64,000 bases of DNA. Origin: Candidatus Oxydemutator sp. (lineage in GTDB: Bacteria > Pseudomonadota > Gammaproteobacteria > Poriferisulfidales > Oxydemutatoraceae). The stretch spans positions 992,001 through 1,056,000 of the forward strand of contig OZ241883.1 of assembly GCA_965203445.1 (NCBI GenBank), written 5' to 3'. Of the stretch, positions 10,253 through 19,213 are shown in pieces. Under the pieces are notes generated by a model. That model searched no databases. It saw nothing but the letters and a program-made list of their open reading frames with translations, and had not been told where the DNA came from. How positions within the stretch are numbered: position 1 is the stretch's first letter; each line of letters starts with the position of its first letter. The translations under genes were made by a program, and so were the position numbers.

Positions 10253-10729
10253 TCAGTGCGGTTTGCCGATGTCCTGTGGTTCTATCTGCAACGCCTGCTG
10301 TTTCTGGCGATAGACCGCGTCGAAGTTGATCGGCCCCAGCAGCAGCTGCGGAAAACCGCCTTTCGACACCAAGCTGGCTATCGTCTCGCGCACGAACGGA
10401 AACAGTATGTTCGGGCAGTAGGCTTGCAGCACCGCCGTCATTCTCTGCTCGCTGAAGCCGCTCAGCGTGAAGGTGCCGCCCTGCTCGATCTCGACCACGA
10501 AGATGCGCTTGTCCTCCTGCATCGCGGTGATCGTGACGTGCAGCACGACCTCGTACAGGGTGTCGCGGATTTTCTGGCTCGAGCTTTGCAGGTTGATGTC
10601 TATGTGCGGGTGCCATTCCCGTTCGAGCGAATCGGGCGCGTGCAGCGACTCGAACGAGGCGTCTTTCAGATAAACCCGCTTGATTTCAAGGTGGCCCTGC
10701 CGTTGTTCGTTCGACTGCTTCTTTTCCAT
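10253..10729 (-). CDS. secB: Protein-export chaperone SecB
   Basis: RVYLKDASFES, CPNILFPFVRE, GGFPQLLL.PINFDA. Confidence 0.95.
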   Translation of the reverse strand: MEKKQSNEQRQGHLEIKRVYLKDASFESLHAPDSLEREWHPHIDINLQSSSQKIRDTLYEVVLHVTITAMQEDKRIFVVEIEQGGTFTLSGFSEQRMTAVLQAYCPNILFPFVRETIASLVSKGGFPQLLLGPINFDAVYRQKQQALQIEPQDIGKPH

Positions 10730-10754
10730 CGCGTGTTCCGCCGTGAAGGTGCCG

Positions 10755-11036
10755 CTACGGGGAGGCCGGGGGGACGGCGCCGCCCAGCAGCTCGTCGAGT
10801 CTGCCTTCCTGATCGAGTTCGACCATCTCCTGGTAGCCGCCGACGTGGTAATCGCCGATGAAGATCTGCGGCACCGACGTGCGCTTCGCGCGCTGCACCA
10901 TCTCCTCGCGCCGCGCGTCGTCGGCATCCACGCGGAACTCCCGGTATTCGGCCTGCTTGCGGGCGAGCAGTTTCTTCGCCCAGTTGCAGAACGGGCAGTT
11001 CGCCGAGGTATAGAGGTGGATCGGCGGGCTGCTCAT
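10755..11036 (-). CDS. grxC: Glutaredoxin 3
   Basis: CPFC active site, SVPQIFIGD.HVGG; synteny with secB. Confidence 0.92.
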   Translation of the reverse strand: MSSPPIHLYTSANCPFCNWAKKLLARKQAEYREFRVDADDARREEMVQRAKRTSVPQIFIGDYHVGGYQEMVELDQEGRLDELLGGAVPPASP

Positions 11037-11458
11037 TTCGCCAGCGGCAGGTTGGCCTGTTGCCACGCGGCGACGCCGCCTTTCAGGAAGTAAATTCGCG
11101 CAAAGCCGCGCTTGCTCAGCAGTTGGCACGTCTTCTGCGCTTTCAGCCCGTTCGCGCAAAACGCGATGATCGGCTTGTCCTTGATCTTGCCGAGTTCATC
11201 CACCCGCTGCGGCAGCACGCTCGCCGACAGGTGCCGCGCGTTGCGTATCCGCCCCGCCGCCAGCTCCGAGGACTCGCGCACGTCGAGCAGCACGGCGTCG
11301 TCGCGGTTGATCAACTGCACCGCTTCCGCCGGCGTGACGTCGCGGTATCTTTTCAGCAGCCGCTTCATCTCGGTGACGACGATCATCACGACCAGCGCCG
11401 CCAGCACGCCGATCAGGAAGAGGTTGTCCTGTACGAAAATAGTGTAGTCTTTTTGCAC
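11033..11458 (-). CDS. Membrane-anchored rhodanese-like protein (YibN-like)
   Basis: N-terminal TM, LLDVRE, FC, LKGGVAAW; canonical position upstream of grxC-secB. Confidence 0.88.
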   Translation of the reverse strand: MQKDYTIFVQDNLFLIGVLAALVVMIVVTEMKRLLKRYRDVTPAEAVQLINRDDAVLLDVRESSELAAGRIRNARHLSASVLPQRVDELGKIKDKPIIAFCANGLKAQKTCQLLSKRGFARIYFLKGGVAAWQQANLPLAK

Positions 11459-11536
11459 GGAAGTTCACCCGACGGGCTATTATAATAGGAAATTGCGCGA
11501 CCGATCAGCGCGCCGTGATCCGGCGTCCGCCGTTGC

Positions 11537-12301
11537 GTGACTGCCATCCGCTCTTGGCAAATGAATACCGCCGCCCGACCCGCAATCCTCGTTCTTCAGC
11601 ACGTAGCAGTCGAAGATCTCGGTTATTTGCAGGACTTGCTGTTGCGCGACGGCTTTGTCCTGACCACCGTGCGCCTCGACTTGGGCGAGAAGATCCCGCC
11701 CGACTTGCGCGCGTTCGACGCGATGTTCTCGATGGGCGGACCGATGGACACCTGGATGGGGCGCGCGTTCCCGTGGTTGGCGGACGAGAGGCGCGCCATC
11801 GGCGAGTTCGTCACCGGCCTGCACAAACCTTTCATCGGGTTTTGCCTGGGATGCCAGTTGTTGGGGGAGGCGTTGGGGGGAGACGTGGTGCGGTGTTCGT
11901 CGCCGGAGGTGGGTATTTTCGACGTCCGCCTGGCCGCCGCGGCCGCGAACGACGGGATCTTTTCGGGGTTTCCCGCGACCTTCAGGGCGCTGCACTGGCA
12001 TTCGTGGGAGGTCGCCAATTTGGAGGCGAACGCCGACGTGACCCTGCTGGGCTCGTCCGACGCGGTCAAATACCAGCTGTTCAAATACCGCGAACACGCG
12101 TACGGTATCCAGTTTCACCTGGAGATAAAGGAGCACACGGTGGCCGCGTGGGGCGGCGTCCCCGAATACCGCGAGGCGTTGCACCGCAGCCTCGGCGAAA
12201 ACGGACTGGACGTGTTCGACGCCGCCGCCAGGGACAGCCTGAAAGACATCAACCGTTGCGCGGACGTTCTGTACCAGGGATTCAAGGGGATGCTGAAGTG
12301 A
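11537..12301 (+). CDS. Type 1 glutamine amidotransferase (GMP synthase-like)
   Basis: MGGPM, GFCLGCQ nucleophile elbow, QFHLE; start could be ATG at 11561. Confidence 0.85.
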   Translation: MTAIRSWQMNTAARPAILVLQHVAVEDLGYLQDLLLRDGFVLTTVRLDLGEKIPPDLRAFDAMFSMGGPMDTWMGRAFPWLADERRAIGEFVTGLHKPFIGFCLGCQLLGEALGGDVVRCSSPEVGIFDVRLAAAAANDGIFSGFPATFRALHWHSWEVANLEANADVTLLGSSDAVKYQLFKYREHAYGIQFHLEIKEHTVAAWGGVPEYREALHRSLGENGLDVFDAAARDSLKDINRCADVLYQGFKGMLK

Positions 12302-12405
12302 GCGCTATGCAACCGTTCCGCTCGCGTGGACGGCCGCGGCCGGCGCAAGAAACGCCGGCGCGGCGCCGTGCTGCATTCGATTTCCCCCTGCTATAAAATA
12401 CGACG

Positions 12406-12945
12406 ATGGCCAAACGGAAAATTCTGACCTACCCCGACCCGAGGTTGCGCAAAAAAGCGGTGCCGGTCGAGTCCTTTGGCGCCGAAACGGCGCAAATAGC
12501 GGACGACCTGCTGGAAACCATGTACGACGAGCAGGGAATCGGCCTGGCGGCGACGCAAGTGGATATTCAGAAAGCGATTCTGGTAACCGACGTGTCGCGC
12601 GACCGCGACCACCCGCAATGCCTCGTCAACCCGCGCATCGTCGAGGCGCACGGCGTCGAGGAAATGGAGGAAGGCTGCCTGTCGGTGCCCGGCATCTACG
12701 CCAACGTCAGGCGCGCCGAGCGCATCCGCGTGCGCGCGCTTGATCGCGACGGCGGGCTGCTCGATATCGAGGCCGACGGCCTGCTCGCGGTCTGCATACA
12801 GCACGAGATGGATCATCTGCGCGGCAAGCTGTTCGTGGATTATCTGTCGCCGGAAAACCGCCGCCGCGCGCTCGAGAAGATCAAGGAAATAAAGCGCACC
12901 GGCAGACTGCCGAAGCGCGAAAAAGTGCCTTACGATCTGGTCTGA
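12406..12945 (+). CDS. def: Peptide deformylase
   Basis: [19 protein letters not shown]. Confidence 0.97.
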   Translation: MAKRKILTYPDPRLRKKAVPVESFGAETAQIADDLLETMYDEQGIGLAATQVDIQKAILVTDVSRDRDHPQCLVNPRIVEAHGVEEMEEGCLSVPGIYANVRRAERIRVRALDRDGGLLDIEADGLLAVCIQHEMDHLRGKLFVDYLSPENRRRALEKIKEIKRTGRLPKREKVPYDLV

Positions 12946-12962
12946 CCGATCCGCGCACGGTC

Positions 12963-13910
12963 TTGTCCCATTCCTCCCGCCGGATCGTATTCGCCGGAAC
13001 GCCGGATTTTGCGCTGCCGGTGCTGGAGGAGATCGCGGCGCGGCACCGCGCCGGCGATCATCGCCTGGTCGCGGTCTATACGCGCCCCGACCGCCCCTCG
13101 GGACGCGGGCGCAGGTTGCGCGCGAGTCCGGTCAAGCACTATGCGGAACGTTACGGCTTGGCGCTCGAACAGCCCGAAGTCTTCGACGCCGCCGCCGAGC
13201 GTCGTCTCGCCGCCTACGCTCCCGACCTGCTGGTAACGATGGCCTACGGTCTGCTGCTGCCGGCCTCGACGCTTGCGATCCCGGCGCTCGGCTGTGTCAA
13301 CGTCCACACCTCGCTGCTGCCGCGCTGGCGCGGCGCGGCGCCGGTCGCGCGCGCAATCGAGAGCGGCGACGCGCAAAGCGGCGTCAGCCTGATGCGGATG
13401 ACTAGGGAGCTCGACGCCGGCCCGATCATCAGTCGCCGTGTTTGCCCCGTCGCCGGCGAAGACACGACCGCGACGCTGTCGCGCAAGCTCGGCGAACTGG
13501 GCGCGCGCGAGGTCGCCGGGTTTCTCCAGCAGCTGGTCGGGGGCCGCGTTGCGGCGCAGCCGCAGGCAAGCGACGGCGCGTGCTACGCGGCCAGGCTCAG
13601 CAAGCGGGAGGCGTGGATCGAGTGGCGCGATCCGGCCGCGGCCGTCGCTCGCAAGGTGCGCGCGCTGAACCCGTGGCCGGTGGCCCAAGGAAGCCTGGGA
13701 GGAAAAGTTCTGCGGATATGGAACGCGGTCGAGTGCGCCGACGTCGGCGCGCCCGGGGAAGTGTTGGCGGCGGGCGCCGGCGGCGTCGTCGTGGCCTGCG
13801 GCGACGGCGCCCTGCGCCTGCTGTCGGTGCAGTTGCCGGGCGGCAGGGTCATGAGCGGCGCGGCGTTCGCCAACGGCCACCGCGTCGCCGGCCGGCGCTT
13901 TGCGGCGTGA
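12963..13910 (+). CDS. fmt: Methionyl-tRNA formyltransferase
   Basis: FAGTPDFA, NVHTSLLPRWRGAAP, LDAGP. Confidence 0.95.
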   Translation: MSHSSRRIVFAGTPDFALPVLEEIAARHRAGDHRLVAVYTRPDRPSGRGRRLRASPVKHYAERYGLALEQPEVFDAAAERRLAAYAPDLLVTMAYGLLLPASTLAIPALGCVNVHTSLLPRWRGAAPVARAIESGDAQSGVSLMRMTRELDAGPIISRRVCPVAGEDTTATLSRKLGELGAREVAGFLQQLVGGRVAAQPQASDGACYAARLSKREAWIEWRDPAAAVARKVRALNPWPVAQGSLGGKVLRIWNAVECADVGAPGEVLAAGAGGVVVACGDGALRLLSVQLPGGRVMSGAAFANGHRVAGRRFAA

Positions 13911-13943
13911 GCGTCGGGAATGACGCGGGGGCGCCGGAATTGT

Positions 13944-13952
13944 TGTTATAAT
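13944..13952 (+). promoter_or_regulatory. Possible extended -10 promoter element
   Basis: TGtTATAAT 11 bp upstream of the DUF4390 start in a GC-rich background. Confidence 0.4.
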
Positions 13953-13963
13953 CTTGACCCGTC

Positions 13964-14539
13964 ATGTCCGCCGCCCCCTTGTCGTTGCTGATATTGTCGC
14001 TGCTTGCGGCGCCCGCGTGCGCGCAGGAACGGGCCGCCGGTTCCGACGACGACCAAGCCATCGTCATAGGCGGCATCCACGCCGCCGAACGCGACGGCCG
14101 GATTCATATAAACGCGCAGGCGAGCTTCACGTTTCCGCCGGCGGTGGCAACCGCGCTCAACAAGGAAGAGGAGCTGGTGTTCGTCACCGAGATCCAGGTG
14201 TTGCGCGAGCGCGAGTTTCTGCCCGCCGACGGCGTCATTGACCTCAGCATAAACCGGCGTCTTGCGTTCCACGCGCTGACGCGCAAATACATCGTCGACG
14301 ATCTGACCTTCTCGAGGCATGCGGTTTTCGACTCGCTCGACGAGGCGCTCGAGGAGCTTGGCCGCTACCGCGACCTTGCGGTCGTGGACAAGATGCTGGC
14401 GGTCGGTTCCGGCGCCACCCATATGCGGATGCGGCTCAGGCTGTCGCGCCGCCACCTGCCCCCGTTGTTGCGCGCCCGCAGCCTGGTGTCCCCGGACTGG
14501 TGGCGGATGTCGTCGGATTGGTACCGGTGGCCGCTGTAG
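13964..14539 (+). CDS. DUF4390-like exported protein
   Basis: Signal peptide, LAFHALTRKY, LPPLLR, W...SDWYRW ending; position between fmt and trkA. Confidence 0.75.
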   Translation: MSAAPLSLLILSLLAAPACAQERAAGSDDDQAIVIGGIHAAERDGRIHINAQASFTFPPAVATALNKEEELVFVTEIQVLREREFLPADGVIDLSINRRLAFHALTRKYIVDDLTFSRHAVFDSLDEALEELGRYRDLAVVDKMLAVGSGATHMRMRLRLSRRHLPPLLRARSLVSPDWWRMSSDWYRWPL

Positions 14540-14599
14540 CTTCCGCGCCCGCTTAGAGAAGGCGGGCGCGGACGACGCCCCGGATACCGCAGCCCCCCG

Positions 14600-15982
14600 A
14601 TGAAAGTCATCATCCTCGGCGCGAGCCACTTCGGCGCTTCGCTGGCGTTGAGCCTGATCGAGGAGGACAACGAGGTCACGCTGATAGACGAGGACGCGGC
14701 GCGCCTGCACGACATTCGCCATCGTTTCGATCTGCGCACGCTGATCGGGCGCGGTTCGCACCCGGACGTGTTGCAGCGCGCCGACGCCGACGACGCCGAC
14801 ATGCTGATCGCGCTGGCCGAGGACGACGAGGTCAACATCATCGCCTGCCGCGTCGCGCACACGATCTTCAACGTCCCGACCAAGATCGCGCTGGTCAGGA
14901 CGCCGGCCTACCTGAAGGAGCGCGACAAACTGTTCGGCGAGGAGGCCATTCCGATTGACGTGCTGGTCAGCCCGGAGCAGGTCGTCTCGCGCAACATCAG
15001 CCTGTTGATCGAGCATCCGGGCGCGTTGCAGGTGGCCGAGTTCGGCGGTGGGCGCCTGCTTTTGGTGTGCGCCGTCGCGCGCCGGGGCGGGCGCCTGATC
15101 GGGCGCGCCCTGCATGAACTGCCGCAAATATTGTCGGGACTGCCGCTGCGCGTAGCCGCGCTGTACCGCGGCGACAAGGCGATTTTCCCGGAGGGCGAGA
15201 CGCGCCTCGAGGCCGGCGACGAGGTGTTTTTCATCGCGCCGCGCGAGCGCATGGACGCGGTGACCGAGGCGCTCGGCTGGCAGGAGAAGCCGTACCGCAG
15301 AATCGTCGTCGCCGGCGGCGGGCACATCGGCGGCCACTTGGCGGAGCTGCTGCAAGGCGGCCACCACGTCAAGCTGATCGAGCCGGACGCCAACCGCGCG
15401 CGCGCGCTGGCCGAACGCTTCGACAAGGTCGTCGTGCTGAACGGCGACGCCACCAACGAGACCCTGCTGCTCGAGGAGAACGTCGCCCATACCGACATGT
15501 TTTGCGCGGTAACCGGCGACGACGAGGACAACATCCTGTCGGCGATGCTGGCCAAGCAGCTCGGCGCGCGCAAAGTGCTGGCGCTGGTCAACCGTACCAG
15601 CTACGTCGAGATGCTGCGCGGCAACCGCGTCAGCATAGACGTCGCGCTGTTCGCGCAACAGGCGTCGCTCGGCCAGCTGCTGCGCTACCTGCGCAAGGGC
15701 GACACCGTGGCCGTGCATTCGCTGCGCCGCGGCCAGGCCGAGGCGCTCGAAATCGTCGCCCACGGCGACGCGCGCACGTCGCGCGTCGTCGGGCGCAACC
15801 TGGGGCGCCTGCGCCTGCCGCCGGAGACCGCCGTAGGCGCCGTCGTGCGCGGCGACGAGGTGCTGATGGCGACGCGCGAGCTGGTGATCGAGTCCGGCGA
15901 CCACGTCGTCATCTTCGTGGATGAGAAAAAGCGCATTCCCGACATCGAGAAACTGTTCCAGGTCGGCGCGACGTTCCTATGA
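14600..15982 (+). CDS. trkA: Trk potassium uptake regulatory subunit
   Basis: MKVIILGA, tandem RCK domains, GGGHIG, EKLFQVGATFL end. Confidence 0.95.
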   Translation: MKVIILGASHFGASLALSLIEEDNEVTLIDEDAARLHDIRHRFDLRTLIGRGSHPDVLQRADADDADMLIALAEDDEVNIIACRVAHTIFNVPTKIALVRTPAYLKERDKLFGEEAIPIDVLVSPEQVVSRNISLLIEHPGALQVAEFGGGRLLLVCAVARRGGRLIGRALHELPQILSGLPLRVAALYRGDKAIFPEGETRLEAGDEVFFIAPRERMDAVTEALGWQEKPYRRIVVAGGGHIGGHLAELLQGGHHVKLIEPDANRARALAERFDKVVVLNGDATNETLLLEENVAHTDMFCAVTGDDEDNILSAMLAKQLGARKVLALVNRTSYVEMLRGNRVSIDVALFAQQASLGQLLRYLRKGDTVAVHSLRRGQAEALEIVAHGDARTSRVVGRNLGRLRLPPETAVGAVVRGDEVLMATRELVIESGDHVVIFVDEKKRIPDIEKLFQVGATFL

Positions 15983-16048
15983 CCGGCGCAAGGCCCCTTG
16001 CCCCCGCTCCCGCGGCCGCGGGGACGAAGACCTGACGGGCGGCCGCCG

Positions 16049-17503
16049 ATGACGTCTCTGCTCCCGGTGCAGCGCGTGCTGGGCATCCTGCTGATGTTGT
16101 TCAGCCTGACGATGTTGGTGCCGGCGGCCGTGGATCTGTGGTACCGGGAAGGCAGCGCGCGCTCCTTCGTCGTCTCGTTCGCGTTGTTGCTGGGCGTCGG
16201 CCTGCTGGCGTGGTCGCCGGCGCGCCACTGCCGCGCCGGCCTCAACCTGAAAGAGGCTTTTTTGATCGTCGTGCTGGCGTGGAGCGTCATCGGCGTCGCC
16301 GGCGCCCTGCCGCTGTATCTGCTGCCCGAACCGCGTCTGGCGCCGTCCGACGCGGTCTTCGAGGCGATCTCGGGGCTTACGACCACCGGCGCCACGGTGT
16401 TGCAGGGGCTGGACTCGCTGCCGCGCGCGGTGTTGTTCTACCGCCAGTTTCTGCAATGGCTGGGAGGGCTGGGCATCATCGTCATCGCCATCGCCATCGC
16501 GCCGGTGCTCGGTATCGGCGGCATGCAGTTGTACCGCACCAACCTGCTGTCCGACGCCGGCGACACCAGGCTGATGCCGCGCATCGGCGACACCGCGCGC
16601 GGCCTGATGAGCGTGTACCTGCTGCTGACGGTGCTGTGCGCGGGCGCCTACCTGCTCGCCGGGATGCCCGCGTTCGACGCGGTCGGGCATGCGTTCTCGA
16701 CCATTGCGATCGGCGGTTTTTCGACGCACGACGCCAACTTTGGCCACTACGCCGAGCGTCCGGCGGTGCTGGCCACGGCCATCGTCTTCATGCTGATCGC
16801 CGGCATGAATTTCGGTCTGCACTTCATCGCCTGGCGGCGGCGCACGGTCGCCTGCTACCTCAGGGACACCGAGTGGCGCGTGTTCCTGTCGGTGATCGTC
16901 GCCATCGCGCTGGTGACGGTCGCCTATCTGGCGGTGGTCGGGAATTACGGCGTCGGCGACTCGCTCCTGCTGGGCGCGTTCCACGCGATCTCGATCACGA
17001 CGACCACCGGCTTCACCGCCGCGCCGCACCACGCGTGGCCCGGATTCATACCGATGCTGCTGTTGTTCGCCAGTTTCATCGGCGGCTGCGCCGGCTCGAC
17101 CGGCGGCGGCATCAAGGTCATCCGCTTCTGGCTGCTGCTGAAGCAGGGGCTGGCGGAAATGGTGCAACTGGTGCACCCGGACGCGAAGGTGCCTGTCAAG
17201 GTCAACAACAAGGCGCTCGACGGCAGGGTCGTGCGCGCGGTGTGGGGGTTTTTCTCGGCCTACGTGGGTTCGTTGATCGTCGTTGCGCTGTTGCTGATGG
17301 GCGCCGGGCTCGACCAGGAGACCGCCTTTTCCGCCGCCGCCGCCTCGATCAACAACCTGGGCCCGGGTCTCGGCGACGTCGCGCAGAATTACGCCGGCGT
17401 CAACACGTTCTGCAAGTGGGTGCTGTGTTTCTCGATGCTGCTTGGCCGGCTAGAGGTGTTTGCGCTGTTGATCCTGTTCACGCCGACGTTCTGGCGAAAG
17501 TAG
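16049..17503 (+). CDS. trkH: Trk potassium uptake membrane protein
   Basis: SGLTTTGAT, QWLGGLG, GSTGGGIK, NNLGPGLG, MLLGRLE. Confidence 0.95.
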   Translation: MTSLLPVQRVLGILLMLFSLTMLVPAAVDLWYREGSARSFVVSFALLLGVGLLAWSPARHCRAGLNLKEAFLIVVLAWSVIGVAGALPLYLLPEPRLAPSDAVFEAISGLTTTGATVLQGLDSLPRAVLFYRQFLQWLGGLGIIVIAIAIAPVLGIGGMQLYRTNLLSDAGDTRLMPRIGDTARGLMSVYLLLTVLCAGAYLLAGMPAFDAVGHAFSTIAIGGFSTHDANFGHYAERPAVLATAIVFMLIAGMNFGLHFIAWRRRTVACYLRDTEWRVFLSVIVAIALVTVAYLAVVGNYGVGDSLLLGAFHAISITTTTGFTAAPHHAWPGFIPMLLLFASFIGGCAGSTGGGIKVIRFWLLLKQGLAEMVQLVHPDAKVPVKVNNKALDGRVVRAVWGFFSAYVGSLIVVALLLMGAGLDQETAFSAAAASINNLGPGLGDVAQNYAGVNTFCKWVLCFSMLLGRLEVFALLILFTPTFWRK

Positions 17504-17619
17504 CCCCCTGTGGTATCCTTACGGTATGTGCCTGGTTTCGTGGACGGCCATGCAACGGACGCCATGGCGGGCGGCATAAGTATCATAAAAACCGTTATTC
17601 AGAGGAGTCGAAACAAACA

Positions 17620-18324
17620 GTGAACAAGAATTTCAAACTGAAAAAATCCAGCAGTCTGGTCTCTGCGGCGCTGGCGGGCGGTCTGGCCGTCACCGGGAGC
17701 GTCGGCGCCGAAGAGGGAAGCCTGTTCGTAGCCGACGAATTGCCCGTGGGCTATATGTACGCCGACGCCCATGGAGCCGAAGGCAAGTGCGGCGAAGGCA
17801 AGTGCGGCGAGGGCAAGTGCGGCGAGGGTATGCGTAAGGCCAAAGGTATGGAAGGCAGATGCGGCGAGGACAAGCACAAGGCAGGCATGCACAAGGCCAA
17901 GGACGCGGAAGGCAAGTGTGGCGAGGGCAAGTGCGGCGAGGGCAAGTGCGGCGAAAGCATGCACAAGGCCAAGGGCATGGAAGGCAGATGCGGCGAGGAC
18001 GAGCACAAGGCGGGCATGCACAAGGCCAAGGACGCGGAAGGCAAGTGTGGCGAAGGCAAATGCGGCGAGGGCAAGTGCGGCGAAAGCATGCACAAGACCG
18101 AGGGCATGAGCGGCAAAGCCAAGGGTATGGAAGGCAAATGCGGTGAGGGCAAGTGCGGCGAAGGCAAATGTGGCGAAGGCAAGTGCGGCGAGGGCAAGTG
18201 CGGTGAGGGCAAATGTGGCGAAGGCAAGTGCGGCGAGGGCAAGTGCGGTGAGGGCAAATGTGGCGAAGGCAAGTGCGGCGAGGGCAAATGTGGCGAAGGC
18301 AAGTGCGGCGAGGACAAGAAATAG
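17620..18324 (+). CDS. HvfA-family EGKCG-repeat secreted RiPP precursor / putative metal-binding protein
   Basis: GTG start after GAGGAG, signal peptide, F...L..GY leader motif, 21 EGKCG plus 2 EGRCG repeats. Confidence 0.85.
   Translation: MNKNFKLKKSSSLVSAALAGGLAVTGSVGAEEGSLFVADELPVGYMYADAHGAEGKCGEGKCGEGKCGEGMRKAKGMEGRCGEDKHKAGMHKAKDAEGKCGEGKCGEGKCGESMHKAKGMEGRCGEDEHKAGMHKAKDAEGKCGEGKCGEGKCGESMHKTEGMSGKAKGMEGKCGEGKCGEGKCGEGKCGEGKCGEGKCGEGKCGEGKCGEGKCGEGKCGEGKCGEGKCGEDKK
17779..18309 (+). repeat. Nested coding repeats: 15-bp units within 129-bp units, plus 12 x 15-bp tandem run
   Basis: 129-bp units start at 17779, 17908, 18037 (third partial); 12 tandem EGKCG units at 18130-18309. Confidence 0.95.
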
Positions 18325-18353
18325 AAAGCCGCTAATAATTTCCCTCGACCATC

Positions 18354-18388
18354 GAACTGCCTCCCCTGTGCGGGAGGCAGTTCTTTTT
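18354..18388 (+). terminator. Rho-independent terminator
   Basis: GAACTGCCTCCC-ctgtgc-GGGAGGCAGTTC perfect 12-bp stem followed by TTTTT. Confidence 0.85.
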
Positions 18389-18435
18389 CGGGGTTCTTTC
18401 GGGGGCCAGTTCTTAGGCCCGACTAGGCCCGACGC

Positions 18436-19038
18436 TTATCGGTAAATCAGCTCCACCCGCCGGTTCAAGGCGCTTCCCTGTTTGCCGTCTTCGCGGGCCG
18501 CCGGCTGTTCTTCGCCGAGGCCGACGGTCTCGATTTGCGACGGGGATGCCCCCATCTGGATCAACACCTGCGCGACGGCCTGTGCCCGGCGCATAGACAG
18601 GCGTTTGTTGTAGTCGTCCGGCGCGACCGAATCCGTGTGGCCTTCCAGGCGCACGCTCAGATCGGGGTTGGCCTGCAAGTACTGCGCGTGCAGTTGCAGG
18701 ACGTTCAGGCCGTTCGCGCCCACGGTCTCGCTCTTATAGTCGAAGTAGATCGCGTCCTGACGCGGTGTACCGGCGCGCGTGGCCTCATCGTCCGCCAGCG
18801 GTTCGTCGCCGTATTCGTCGCCCTCTACATCATCATCCACGAACTCGTCCTCTCCAAAGTCCTCCTCGAATTCCTCTTCTTCGAGTTCTTCCTCGAGCTC
18901 CTCCTCTTCCAGCGCATCCGCGTCCGCAACCACTTCTTCTTCGTCGTCGGACAGCCAGTCCCACGTTTTGGACATGGCGGAGCAGCCCGCGAGGGCGAAA
19001 GCCGTCAGCGTGATGATCAAAAGTCTTTTTGTGTCCAT
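18436..19038 (-). CDS. OmpA-family (Pal-like) lipoprotein with acidic linker
   Basis: Lipobox LAGC, IYFDY, LEGHTD...YNKRLSMRRA, NRRVEL. Confidence 0.88.
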   Translation of the reverse strand: MDTKRLLIITLTAFALAGCSAMSKTWDWLSDDEEEVVADADALEEEELEEELEEEEFEEDFGEDEFVDDDVEGDEYGDEPLADDEATRAGTPRQDAIYFDYKSETVGANGLNVLQLHAQYLQANPDLSVRLEGHTDSVAPDDYNKRLSMRRAQAVAQVLIQMGASPSQIETVGLGEEQPAAREDGKQGSALNRRVELIYR

Positions 19039-19213
19039 TGGGTTTCCTTTTTCTGTTCGAGGCGCGTTCGCGCGCCGTCTTGTGGAACCGAGGGTCCGTC
19101 GCTATAATGCGAATTATAGCGCGCTTCGCTGAAACTGGGAAACAGACACGCGGAGTGCGCCGGTTCCGGTCTGGGGCGCCACCGCGCGGCCGACGGTTCC
19201 GTGCATATATCCG

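Noticed and set aside
17751-18317. SPHLP-repeat ORF and a CRISPR-like look of the repeats
   Set aside because: Antisense of the EGKCG repeats; units are contiguous codon repeats with no unique spacers and no cas genes
16138-18324. 728-aa ORF ending in EGKCG repeats
   Set aside because: The upstream part is an alternative frame of trkH; signal peptide and RBS place the start at 17620
18436-19038. OmpA lipoprotein as the missing ZorB domain
   Set aside because: About 10 kb away, on the opposite strand, and a lipoprotein; no evidence of linkage
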